The notes beneath the pieces are model-generated. The model ran no database searches. It was not told the DNA's origin and saw only the letters and a program-made list of their open reading frames with translations. From an uncultured Actinomycetota bacterium (GTDB taxonomy: Bacteria; Actinomycetota; Actinomycetes; CAVWCF01), in contig CAVWCF010000001.1 in the NCBI GenBank assembly GCA_963753435.1, forward strand, positions 1,536,001-1,600,000: a stretch of DNA of 64,000 bases, written 5' to 3'. How positions within the stretch are numbered: position 1 is the first letter of the stretch; every line of letters begins with the position of its first letter. The translations under genes were made by a program, and so were the position numbers. Positions 30,204 through 39,136 of the stretch are shown here, piece by piece.

Positions 30204-31175
30204 TCAGCCCTGCGGTTCCCAATTCAGCACACCGTGAATCACGTGGCGCAGGATGTTGCCCTCGAATGCCTGCCAGGTGACGGCGTACTGCTGGGTCTCC
30301 GGGTCCAGGAGGAACTCCCGGCCCTTGATCTTCCAGACGTCCGGGCCGGTGAAGTGCTGTGACACGTACAGCGCGCGGCCGTAGGCCTTGGCGTTGCCGA
30401 ACAGGTCCGGGCCCTCGTAGGTGGTGATGTTGGACCGGCGCGTGCGCTCGAAGGAGTAGCGGCGGCTCAGCAGCCCGTCCCAGGTGACCGTCTGGCGGTA
30501 GCGGGTCAGGTTGATCGGCTCATGAGCGATCTCGACCGAGATCGTGCCTTCCTGCTTCTGGTCGGCACCCCACACCTCAAGCTCGCCACGCCAGGAGCCA
30601 CGGTCCTTGGTCGGCAGCACCTGCGGGGTGTTGCCGATGCGCTTCTCCTTGTCGCAGAAGGCGTCGATGCGAGCCTTGGTCTCGGGGTTGGTCTCGTAGT
30701 CGTGGGCGACCAGGTAGATGCCGTTGAACACCGCGGCCACGGTCCAGCCGTCGGTGAGCACCGAGGAATACACCTGGGTCTCGCCGTCGGGGAGGATGTG
30801 GTTCCACGTCGTCAGGTCCGCCAGCCAACCGGTGGAGTAGTAGTGGCTGTCGACGAACGTGCCGTACGGCTGCCCGGTGCCGTAGAAGTCCGGGCCCATG
30901 TAGACGCGGTTGGAGTCGGAGTCGATGACGCCGAAGTCGAACTGTGCGCCCAACTCGAAACGGTTGCGGATGGGGCCAGTGACCTCGGACAGGTCGGTGC
31001 GCATCCAGTAGCGGGTCTCGCCGTTCTCGAACACCGAGGCGCGGGAGACGTTCTCGTAGCCGACGTGGTTGCCGTCAGGGTCGAAAACGCTCGGCCGCCC
31101 GTACCAGGATCCGGTGATCTTCTTCTGCCACTCCGACGGTTCCGGGGTCTCGGTGGTCTCCGGCGCTGCACTCAT
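30204..31175 (-). CDS. Hypothetical protein, probable tandem beta-barrel (FABP/lipocalin-like)
   Basis: Internal duplication: GSWYG...Y.GPDFYG.G..YG and GSWRG...YEGPDLFGNA..YG. Confidence 0.7.
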   Translation of the reverse strand: MSAAPETTETPEPSEWQKKITGSWYGRPSVFDPDGNHVGYENVSRASVFENGETRYWMRTDLSEVTGPIRNRFELGAQFDFGVIDSDSNRVYMGPDFYGTGQPYGTFVDSHYYSTGWLADLTTWNHILPDGETQVYSSVLTDGWTVAAVFNGIYLVAHDYETNPETKARIDAFCDKEKRIGNTPQVLPTKDRGSWRGELEVWGADQKQEGTISVEIAHEPINLTRYRQTVTWDGLLSRRYSFERTRRSNITTYEGPDLFGNAKAYGRALYVSQHFTGPDVWKIKGREFLLDPETQQYAVTWQAFEGNILRHVIHGVLNWEPQG

Positions 31176-31945
31176 GCTGATTGCTCCGTCAGTTCGTTCT
31201 TCTCAAGGTTGATGCGGTTCAACTCCGACGCCTCCGCGCCGACCAGCGGGATGATGTTGTTCCACACCGGGTCGACGTCGGCGTTGAAGATGAGGCCGCG
31301 GTTCTTCGCGTCGCGGTCCGGCAGGTCGGTGTCCGACACCTCGGCGAGCACCTCGTCCGACAGGCCGCCTTCGAGCAGGTTGAACCACTGGTCCAGGTAC
31401 GCGTTCACGTGCTCGTCCAGGTTGGCGTACGCCGTCGGCGTGGCCCGGTAGGCGCACATGTAGGGGCTCATGATGGAGCGCTGGCGTGGGTCGAGCTCGG
31501 CCTCGCTGATGCCCTCCATGGCCCGGACGGCCTTGTAGTTGGCCAGGATCGGCTCGTACACCTCGTCGATGTACTTCATGTGCGTGCCGATGTCGACGCG
31601 CGGGATGAAGTCCAGGTGGAAGGCGTGCGTGTCCAGGTCCAACCGCTCGACGGAGTCCAGCGTGAAGTGCGGGACGGCGGAGTCCGGCGCGGTGAACGCG
31701 AAGATCATGTGGCTGTCCAGGTCGATCACCCCGGGCACGGTGGCCTGGATGCCGGCGTAGACGACCTTCTTGACCGGTCCGTCGCCCATCCAGATCCGCA
31801 ACTCACCGACGGACTGACCGGATCGGCTGTTCACGAACGGAAGGAACGGTCCACCGTCTGCACCCTGCACCTCAGACACCTTGGACCGGCTCGTAAGCCG
31901 GTCCAAGGTTCGAAGGCAGAGCCCCTGCGCCAGGCGCTCGCCCAT
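31172..31945 (-). CDS. RCCR/ferredoxin-dependent bilin reductase-like protein
   Basis: S.VPHFTLD, FHLDFIPRVD, Y...Y, RSIMSP, YLDQW, RD..R; distant paralog of 34329-35141. Confidence 0.65.
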   Translation of the reverse strand: MGERLAQGLCLRTLDRLTSRSKVSEVQGADGGPFLPFVNSRSGQSVGELRIWMGDGPVKKVVYAGIQATVPGVIDLDSHMIFAFTAPDSAVPHFTLDSVERLDLDTHAFHLDFIPRVDIGTHMKYIDEVYEPILANYKAVRAMEGISEAELDPRQRSIMSPYMCAYRATPTAYANLDEHVNAYLDQWFNLLEGGLSDEVLAEVSDTDLPDRDAKNRGLIFNADVDPVWNNIIPLVGAEASELNRINLEKNELTEQSA

Positions 31946-31956
31946 GAAGTTCTCCT

Positions 31957-33222
31957 TTATGCCCCTGAGCCGACGCCCTCCGCGTCGTCCTCCGGAACAC
32001 TACCGAGTTCGGTTTGGCCGGCTGCGCCGAGGCCCTTGTGCTCGTCCTTCTCGAACTGGGCCGCGCCACCGTGCGACTTCTTGCTGCGGATCTTGGCGGA
32101 CTCGACCTCCTTGTGCACCCACGCGTTGGCCAACTCCGGGTTGTTGGTGCGCGCCGGGCTCGGGATGACCACAGCCAGGTCGCGGGGGCCGTCGCCGACG
32201 ATCTGGTGGGTGTCGATGCCCCAACCCTGGTCGATCAGCTGGTTGCGCCGACGCCGGTAAGCCACCTGCAGCGAGTCGGAGCGCACGTGCATCTCGTCGG
32301 ACAGGTCGTAGGGCAGCAACTCCGGACGCTGCAGGCTGATGACGTCGTCGTCCTGCTTGAAGATGTAGTGCACGCGCTTGATCGCGTCCTTGTCGGCCCA
32401 GTCGCCCTTGAGGAACGTGCGGCACGCGATGAACAGCGAACGGGTCTCCTTCTCCGAGACCGGGACGTTGGCGTCGATCAGCAGCATCGTGCCGAACGGC
32501 AGCGGCACCTGGAGGATGTTGATGTTCGGCAGGTAGAAGCCGGCCTTGGTCGGGATCTGCACCGGGGTGTCCACGTCCTCAACGGACTTGCGGAACAACT
32601 TGCCCCAGGCGCCCTTGGGCTGGCCCGGCGGCGGGTACAGCGGGATCGTCGCCAGGCCGGACCACTCCGTCAGCACGACGTCGAAGTCGCCGACCTCGGG
32701 CTTGTCCAGGTTGCCGAACCGGTTGCCGTGCACGAACGGTGCGTGGCTGGGGTCCATGGCGTTCTCAAGGGCGCGCTCGTAGTTGACCGGCCACCAGTAC
32801 TCGCCGTAGACCTTCTTGAACTGCGGGTCCTCCAGCTCCGGGATCTCCGGCAGCGGGTGCCGCTCGGACTCCGGCAGGTCGCCGAGGAACACGAAGACGA
32901 GGTTGTACTTCTCCTTGACCGGGTAGGAGTCGACGCGGGCCTTCTTCGGGATGCCGCGCTCGGGGTGCGCCGGGATCTTCTCGCAGTCGCCGTCGCCGTT
33001 GAACTCCCAGCCGTGGTACGGGCAGACGACGCACGAAGCGTCCTCGGACAGCCAGCCGCCGGCCAACGACCCACCGCGGTGCACGCACAGGTCGGAAAGG
33101 CAGTGGATCTCGCCCTTCTTGTCACGCCAGAGCACGAACTTCTGACCCAAGGCCTGCATCGACAGGGGCTTGGTGGTGACGTTGTGGCTGAACTCCACGG
33201 CGTACCACATGTTCTTCAGCAT
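31957..33222 (-). CDS. Rieske non-heme iron oxygenase
   Basis: N.WY, CVHRG...CPYHGW Rieske motif, ENAMDPSHAPFVH iron motif, C-terminal QDD. Confidence 0.92.
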   Translation of the reverse strand: MLKNMWYAVEFSHNVTTKPLSMQALGQKFVLWRDKKGEIHCLSDLCVHRGGSLAGGWLSEDASCVVCPYHGWEFNGDGDCEKIPAHPERGIPKKARVDSYPVKEKYNLVFVFLGDLPESERHPLPEIPELEDPQFKKVYGEYWWPVNYERALENAMDPSHAPFVHGNRFGNLDKPEVGDFDVVLTEWSGLATIPLYPPPGQPKGAWGKLFRKSVEDVDTPVQIPTKAGFYLPNINILQVPLPFGTMLLIDANVPVSEKETRSLFIACRTFLKGDWADKDAIKRVHYIFKQDDDVISLQRPELLPYDLSDEMHVRSDSLQVAYRRRRNQLIDQGWGIDTHQIVGDGPRDLAVVIPSPARTNNPELANAWVHKEVESAKIRSKKSHGGAAQFEKDEHKGLGAAGQTELGSVPEDDAEGVGSGA

Positions 33223-33274
33223 CGGTCTTTCCTCCTGTGGGGGCCGGTTGGGTCGGCCGGTCGTCGGTAAATGC

Positions 33275-34270
33275 TCACCCGGTTGCCGCCGGAGCGCGAC
33301 GGACCAAGGTCACTAGTTCGTCCCGGGTATCGGAACGCTGCACCAAGCGGGCTCCCGCGTCGGGGTCCTGCAGCACCGCATGGCGCAGGAAGTCGATCAT
33401 GAGGCCGGCCATGGATTCCCGCGCGGCGACCGGGTCGGCGATCGCCGCACCGTCCAGGAATCCGCGCGCGCACGTGGGGTCCTCGGGGTCGCCGGGAAGG
33501 AAGTGGTTGGAACCGGTGAAATCGCCCCACCAGGCCTCAACGTCCGGGGAGATCGCGTCGGCGAACGTCCGCTCGACCGGGTTCTGGCGCTCCTGGCCCT
33601 CCTGGCCGTAGCGAACCGCCGAGGCGGCCATGATCCCGTCCTCGGTCCCGGACATCAGCAGCACCGGTACGTCGACCGGGGAGGCCAGCAGCGCGCCAGG
33701 TTCGTAGCCGAGGACCGTCGCCGGCTGCGTGTGCGCACCGAACGTGGCGGCGGCCATCAGCTCGGGGAACCAGCGGCGGCTGGCCGACTGCAGCGTGATC
33801 GTGCCTCCGGCCGAATGGCCGAACAGCGCGACCCGGCCGGTGTCCAGGACATCAGGGAACGGCCCGGTGGCGTTCGCTTCGGCCACCGCGTCCAGGATCG
33901 AACGCAGGGCGCCGGCGGGCGGGCTTTGCCCGTAGGTGTCCGGCGTGATCGCACCCAGGTCGATGCCTGGGGAGATGCCGAACTGGCCGGGCATCAGATC
34001 GGTGACCAGGTCGAAGGTGACCGCGGCAAACCCGGACTCGACCAGCCGGATCGCCAGCCAGCGGTAGGCGTCCTGCCCGACATTCACCCCCGGCATGATC
34101 ACCACCACCGGGTACGGCGCGCCGGAGCGGTCCGCGGGGATGAACCCGCTCATCCGTTCCGCCAGCGAACCGGTGAACTGCGCGGGGTAGTAGATCTTCA
34201 GGTGCGCGGTGTCGAACGGCGCCGGTGCCCCGGGAACCCGGGTCGCCCACCAGAACGAGCGAACAGTCAC
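33275..34270 (-). CDS. Alpha/beta hydrolase, chlorophyllase/dienelactone hydrolase-like
   Basis: KIYYPA, PYPVVVIMPG, D..RVALFGHSAGG, PVLLMSG.ED, G.NH. Confidence 0.75.
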   Translation of the reverse strand: MTVRSFWWATRVPGAPAPFDTAHLKIYYPAQFTGSLAERMSGFIPADRSGAPYPVVVIMPGVNVGQDAYRWLAIRLVESGFAAVTFDLVTDLMPGQFGISPGIDLGAITPDTYGQSPPAGALRSILDAVAEANATGPFPDVLDTGRVALFGHSAGGTITLQSASRRWFPELMAAATFGAHTQPATVLGYEPGALLASPVDVPVLLMSGTEDGIMAASAVRYGQEGQERQNPVERTFADAISPDVEAWWGDFTGSNHFLPGDPEDPTCARGFLDGAAIADPVAARESMAGLMIDFLRHAVLQDPDAGARLVQRSDTRDELVTLVRRAPAATG

Positions 34271-34328
34271 TGGTGGGCTGACCTCCGTCGGTTGCGCAGT
34301 CCCGCGGGTGCGGGACCCATGCTCTGGT

Positions 34329-35141
34329 TCAGGCGCCGGCGTGGGGCAGCACGCGCTGCGACCCGGTGAGCGCCACAACCAGTTTGTCCACGATCTCCTT
34401 GCCGAACAGCCGCTCGCCCACGGAGTTGGCCGGGTCGAGCTCGGCGATCCGGCTACGCATGTCGATGGTGTGCTGCAGCATCGCCGGCTGCTCGTCGGCG
34501 GGCACCGGGTCGGCGTTGTCCCACCAGGACAACCACAGGTCCAGTTTGTCGCTGGCCTGCTTCATGATGATGTCGACGGTCTCCTGCGTCATGGGACCGG
34601 AGTAGCAGAAGGCGGTGGGGCTGGTGACCGCGCGGATGTAGGCCATCGGGCTGGTGAACCAGTCCAACTGCGGGTTGTTGCGGCGGGTCTCCAGCCACTC
34701 CTCGTTCTGGGACTCGAAGTACTTGAAGTGGTAGTCGGTGTTCGTGCACAGGTCCCGGCGGGGCAGGTGGTCGATGTACGCCCACGGCCGCGCGCCGAAG
34801 TTGGCGAACGCCATGCCGAAGAACGGGATGTCCGTCTGCGGTCCGGGGGAGATGGTCAGGTGCAGGTTCGCGAACCCACCCTTGGGGTCGGCCATCCAGG
34901 AGTAAACGAGCCAGTCGATCTCGGGGCCGGCGAAGCACTGCACCTGCCCGTGGATGCCGGAACCGATCTCGCCGGCGACCTCGAGGCCGTTGGTGGACGG
35001 GTCCTGCTTGAGCTCGAACCTTTCGTTGACCTTGGCCATGAGCTTGGCCAGTTCGTCGCGCCACTGCTCGTAGATCCAAGTGACGTCGATCGGGCCGGAC
35101 TCGTCGATGAGTTCCTGGACCGTGCTGAGCGTTTCGCCCAC
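34329..35141 (-). CDS. Red chlorophyll catabolite reductase (RCCR)-like protein
   Basis: IDWLVYSW, DHLPRRDL..N.DY..KYF, FTSPMAYIRAVTSPTA and RLFGKEIVDKLV parallel, in the same order, the plant RCCR motifs as recalled: IDFVIGSW, DLPHRKDLVLNPDYL, YVSPSLFVRSAFSPTA, RMFGEEV. Confidence 0.8.
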   Translation of the reverse strand: MGETLSTVQELIDESGPIDVTWIYEQWRDELAKLMAKVNERFELKQDPSTNGLEVAGEIGSGIHGQVQCFAGPEIDWLVYSWMADPKGGFANLHLTISPGPQTDIPFFGMAFANFGARPWAYIDHLPRRDLCTNTDYHFKYFESQNEEWLETRRNNPQLDWFTSPMAYIRAVTSPTAFCYSGPMTQETVDIIMKQASDKLDLWLSWWDNADPVPADEQPAMLQHTIDMRSRIAELDPANSVGERLFGKEIVDKLVVALTGSQRVLPHAGA

Positions 35142-35164
35142 GTCTTGCCTCCCTCAGTGCGCCA

Positions 35165-35186
35165 TTCCGTTGCGCGGAACGGCGTT
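35165..35186. promoter_or_regulatory. Putative IclR operator upstream of RCCR-like operon
   Basis: TTCCG-ttgcg-CGGAAC-GGCGTT. Confidence 0.65.
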
Positions 35187-35286
35187 GCAGAACCGTACGG
35201 TGGTGTTGCGCAGCGTGCCACGGCGGGGGGCACGCGGTCAGGGAGCGTGGACCCATGCATTGGGGACTTTGGTCCCGACTTTGGGC

Positions 35287-35982
35287 CTAGCCGGGCGCGG
35301 GCGCGGGTGCGGTCCCGCCGAGGCGGGCCGGCTGCCACCACTGGCCGGCGCCGTCGTCCGGGTAGGTCTCCTGGGCGACGTGGACCATCTCGGTGATGCG
35401 ACTGCGCAGTTGCTCGGTGGCGACCTCGGGGTCGCCGGCGCTGTCAATGGGTTCGCCGACGATGACGGTGATGGGGACGCCGCGCTGCTTGAGGCTGGAG
35501 TGCTCGTCGTAGGTCCACAGCCGCTGCGTCCCCCACAAGGCCACCGGCACGATCGGCGCCTTGCCGCCCTTGGCGATACGCACCGCTCCGGTCTTGAACT
35601 CCTTGGGCTCAAACGACCGGGAGATGGTCGCCTCCGGGAAGATGCCGACCGCTTCACCGGCGCGCAGCGCGCCCAGCGCTTCCCGGATGCTGGCCGTTCC
35701 CGCGTCCCGGTCGACCGGGATGTGGTGCATCCCGCGCATCAGCGGCCCGCCGATCCGGTGCTCGAACACCGACTTCTTGGCCATGAACCGCACGTAGCGC
35801 TTGGCCGGCCGGGCGGCCAGCCCGGCAAAGATGAAGTCCAGGTGGCTGATGTGGTTGCTGGCGACCACCAACGGTCCAGTTCGGGGCACCTTCTCCGCGC
35901 CGCGCAGGTCGATCTTCAGCCCGAGGGCGAAGAACGAGCCGCGCAGCGCGGCAACAACCGGGGGGTAGACGAAATCGGCCAC
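35287..35982 (-). CDS. Lysophospholipid acyltransferase (PlsC family)
   Basis: NHISHLD, FMAK, IFPEATISR, FKTGA. Confidence 0.9.
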   Translation of the reverse strand: MADFVYPPVVAALRGSFFALGLKIDLRGAEKVPRTGPLVVASNHISHLDFIFAGLAARPAKRYVRFMAKKSVFEHRIGGPLMRGMHHIPVDRDAGTASIREALGALRAGEAVGIFPEATISRSFEPKEFKTGAVRIAKGGKAPIVPVALWGTQRLWTYDEHSSLKQRGVPITVIVGEPIDSAGDPEVATEQLRSRITEMVHVAQETYPDDGAGQWWQPARLGGTAPAPAPG

Positions 35983-36097
35983 GCCCAGAGACTAGGACGC
36001 GCGACGGCGCCCGGCTGCGGAGTTCCCAGGTGTACGGCTAAGCGGTGACGGTGATCTCGTGGATCTCTTCGAGGGCGGTCTCGTCCGAGTGCGGTCC

Positions 36098-37835
36098 TCA
36101 GTTGGTGATTGCGTCCATCAGTTGCCACGGACGGCCGTCGACCAGGTCGGTGCCGCGGGAGACCATGCGGTTGGTCGCTTGCGCGGGGGACACCTCCACC
36201 AGCGTGATCTCGGCGTTCGGGTCGACCAACACCGGGTCGGGACGGGAGATCACCCCGTTGAACGGCTCGGTGCGCTCGGTGGACCAGAGCGTGAACTCGC
36301 CACTGAGCGGGATCACCACGCTGGCACCGGCCGGACCGGGACGGGTCGCCGCGACCAGGTTCAGTCGATTCTCCGCAGCGCGCTCCACCAGACCGGTCCG
36401 TAGTTCCCAGGACTCCGCAACGCTGAACGGCAGCGCAACCACGTCGGCGTCCGCCAGCGCCGCCAGCCGGAACGTCTCCGGGTAGACCGCATCGTCACCG
36501 ACGACCAGCGCCAGGCGGCCCCACGGCAGCTCGACGATGTTCAGGCCGTCACCGAGGTCAGTGACCCAGCGGATGCCGGGCGACGGCATGCAACTGGCGT
36601 TGCCGGGCCACGATGCCGTCGGCACCGATGAGCACTGCCTCGTGCGCGGCGCCGGCGGGCAGGCTGGTGACCACGTGCGCCGAGCCCGCTACTGCCGCGA
36701 TGGCAGCAACGGCTGCGGCCGACCGGGCCTCGGCCGCGGCGGCGTCCACGTCCACAACGCCCCCGGCGAAGCAGAACAACTCCGGCAGCACGACCAGCTG
36801 AGCGCCGTCGGCGACCGCCTGCGCCACTGCCGTAGCGGCGGCGGGGATGGCGTCGGGTCCGTCGGCGGCGGGCTGAACCACGGCGGTGCGCAGCACCGGT
36901 GACCCCGCGGGAGCCTGCCGGCCCTTGGGGGCGTCGGCGAGCGCGGCGTACAACTCCGGCCGCCGGTTGGCGAACACGTCGGTGCCGTCCGGTCGGGTCT
37001 TGGCATCGGCGAGCGCGACGTCGATGTCGGCCACGACCACCGCCTCACCGGTCAGCGGCCCTTGGGCGACGACAGTGCCATCGGGGGCCACGATCTGGCT
37101 CTCCCCGGCACCGTGTAGCCGCTCCACCGGGACGCCGACACCGGTGCTGACCTGCTCGATGTTGCCCGGCGGGATCAGCGGGCCGACCTTGTTGGCCGCG
37201 ACGATCCAGACCCGGTTCTCCGGGGCGCGCACCGGGATGTGCAGGTTCGCCTCGTCCAGGGCGAAGGAGTTGAGGCTGTTCAGCAGCACCTGCGCGCCGC
37301 GCAGCGCCAGGCCGCGCGGGGTCTCGTTGATGACGCCGTCCATGCAGGAGTACATGCCGAAGCGCGCCAGTTCGGTCTCGACGATCGGACCGGTGCTGAT
37401 CGCGTCGTCCAGGTGCAGGCGCTCGCTGCCCATGAGGACCTGCTTGTCGGAGTCGGCGACGACGGCGCCTTGCGGACTGCACAGCACGTTGGTGCCGGTC
37501 GTGCGGCCGTCCTCGCGGGCGACCACCACGTTGACCATGACGTAGGCGGCGTGCTCCTTGGCCTTGGCGGCGATGGCGCCGACGAACGGCCCGTCGAGGG
37601 TCACGGCCATGCGCCGGGAGTGCTCGCGGTCGTCGTACCAGGACACGTGGTTGCAGAACTCCGGCAGGACGATCACCTGCGCGCCCTCGGCCGCGGCAGC
37701 GTCGATCATGCGCAGGCAGGTGGCGAGGTTCTCGTCAACGTCCGTGCCGACAGCGAACTGGACTGCGGCCACCCGTAGGTGGCCGTGCGCCGGCGTTTCG
37801 CCGTCGACGGAGCGCACCACCACCGGCTCGCTCAC
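36098..37835 (-). CDS. Two-domain carbon-nitrogen hydrolase (nitrilase superfamily), +1 frameshift near 36570
   Basis: Domain 1 has LPEF/DKQ/SCMDG (E-K-C triad). Domain 2 has LPEL/RQLH/VGDD and RAAENR. One extra C separates ARHP from WVTDLG. Confidence 0.82.
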
Positions 37836-38743
37836 GCGGCCGCCTTCGGGAAGTCCCCTGCCTTGCTGACCAGAGCGGGGGTTGGTCGGCCCATCACCTC
37901 GCCGAGCCAGTCGGAGGCTGCGATCAGCGCTTCCAGGTCCGTGCCGGTTTCGTAGCCGCTGCGGTGCAGCAGGTAGACGAGGTCCTCGGTGGCGATGTTG
38001 CCGGTGGCCTTGGGGGCGAACGGGCAACCGCCGATGCCGCCCAGGCTGGCGTCCAGGACCGTCACGCCGTTCTCCACTGCGGTCAAGGCGTTGGCGTAGC
38101 CGGTGTTGCGGGTGTTGTGGAAGTGGGCGCGCAGTTGCACGTCGCCGATCGCGGCCTTGACCGCGGTCACGCGTTCGCGAACGTCCGGCGGTACCGCGAC
38201 CCCGATGGTGTCCGCCAGCGCGATCTCGTCGACGCCGATGCCGGCGATGCGCTCGGCCATGGCAACGATCCGTGAAACCGGCACCTCGCCCTCGAAGGGG
38301 CAGCCGAAGGAAGCACCGATGGTCACCGACGTCTTCAGGCCGGCGGCGCGAGCCAAGGGCGCGATCTTCTCGACGCCGTCGATCGTCTCGTCGGAGGTCA
38401 TGTTCTGGTTCTTGCCTGCGAACGTGTCCGTGCTTACGACGACCAGGTTGATCTCGTCCACCCCGGTCGGCTGGGCGCGCACAAACCCGCGCTCGTTGAC
38501 CACCAGGCCGATGGCGGAGAAGCGGTCGCGGTCCGGTCGGGCCGCCAGTCCGGCCATGACTTCCTCGGCGTCGGCCATCTTCGGGACGGCCTTGGGGCTC
38601 ACGAACGAAGTGGCCTCTGCGCGCCGGATGCCGGCGTCGAAAGCGCGGTTGATCAGCTCGACCTTCTGCGCCGTCGTCAGGTCGGCGGGGTCGTTCTGCA
38701 GGCCGTCGCGCGCGGCGACCTCGACGATCTGAACGGCGGTCAT
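37832..38743 (-). CDS. Hydroxymethylglutaryl-CoA lyase family protein
   Basis: EV.ARDGLQN, SFVSPK.VP.MAD, LADTIG, HFHNTR, GGIGGCPFAP.ATGN. Confidence 0.92.
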   Translation of the reverse strand: MTAVQIVEVAARDGLQNDPADLTTAQKVELINRAFDAGIRRAEATSFVSPKAVPKMADAEEVMAGLAARPDRDRFSAIGLVVNERGFVRAQPTGVDEINLVVVSTDTFAGKNQNMTSDETIDGVEKIAPLARAAGLKTSVTIGASFGCPFEGEVPVSRIVAMAERIAGIGVDEIALADTIGVAVPPDVRERVTAVKAAIGDVQLRAHFHNTRNTGYANALTAVENGVTVLDASLGGIGGCPFAPKATGNIATEDLVYLLHRSGYETGTDLEALIAASDWLGEVMGRPTPALVSKAGDFPKAAA

Positions 38744-38854
38744 CTCCGGGATCCTCCTGCTGTTGCGGTCAAGCGCGGCACGCCCCAGCGGGGCTGCGGC
38801 AGCGAAGCGATCCTAGACTCGGCGATCAGATCGCCTAGGCCCGGGGAGGACCCG

Positions 38855-39136
38855 TTGATCACCCACGTCGTGCTGATGAAGTTCGCCGACTCTGCCAACG
38901 CCGCCGAGACCAAGAGCCGCTTGGAAGCGCTACCGGCGACGATCCCGCACATCAAGACGTTGCACGTCGGGCTCGATGTGATCCGCAGTGAGGTCTCCTT
39001 CGACCTGTGCCTGACCACGACCCACGACTCGGTTGAAGAGCTGAAGGCCTACCAGGGTCACCCCGATCACCTTGAGGTCGGCGCCTGGCTGCGCCCGTTG
39101 CTGGAAGCGCGCGCCACCGTCGACTACGAGTCCTGA
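38855..39136 (+). CDS. Dabb family stress-responsive alpha/beta barrel protein
   Basis: ITHVVLMKF, L...IP.I, Y..HPDH, VDY. Confidence 0.85.
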   Translation: MITHVVLMKFADSANAAETKSRLEALPATIPHIKTLHVGLDVIRSEVSFDLCLTTTHDSVEELKAYQGHPDHLEVGAWLRPLLEARATVDYES

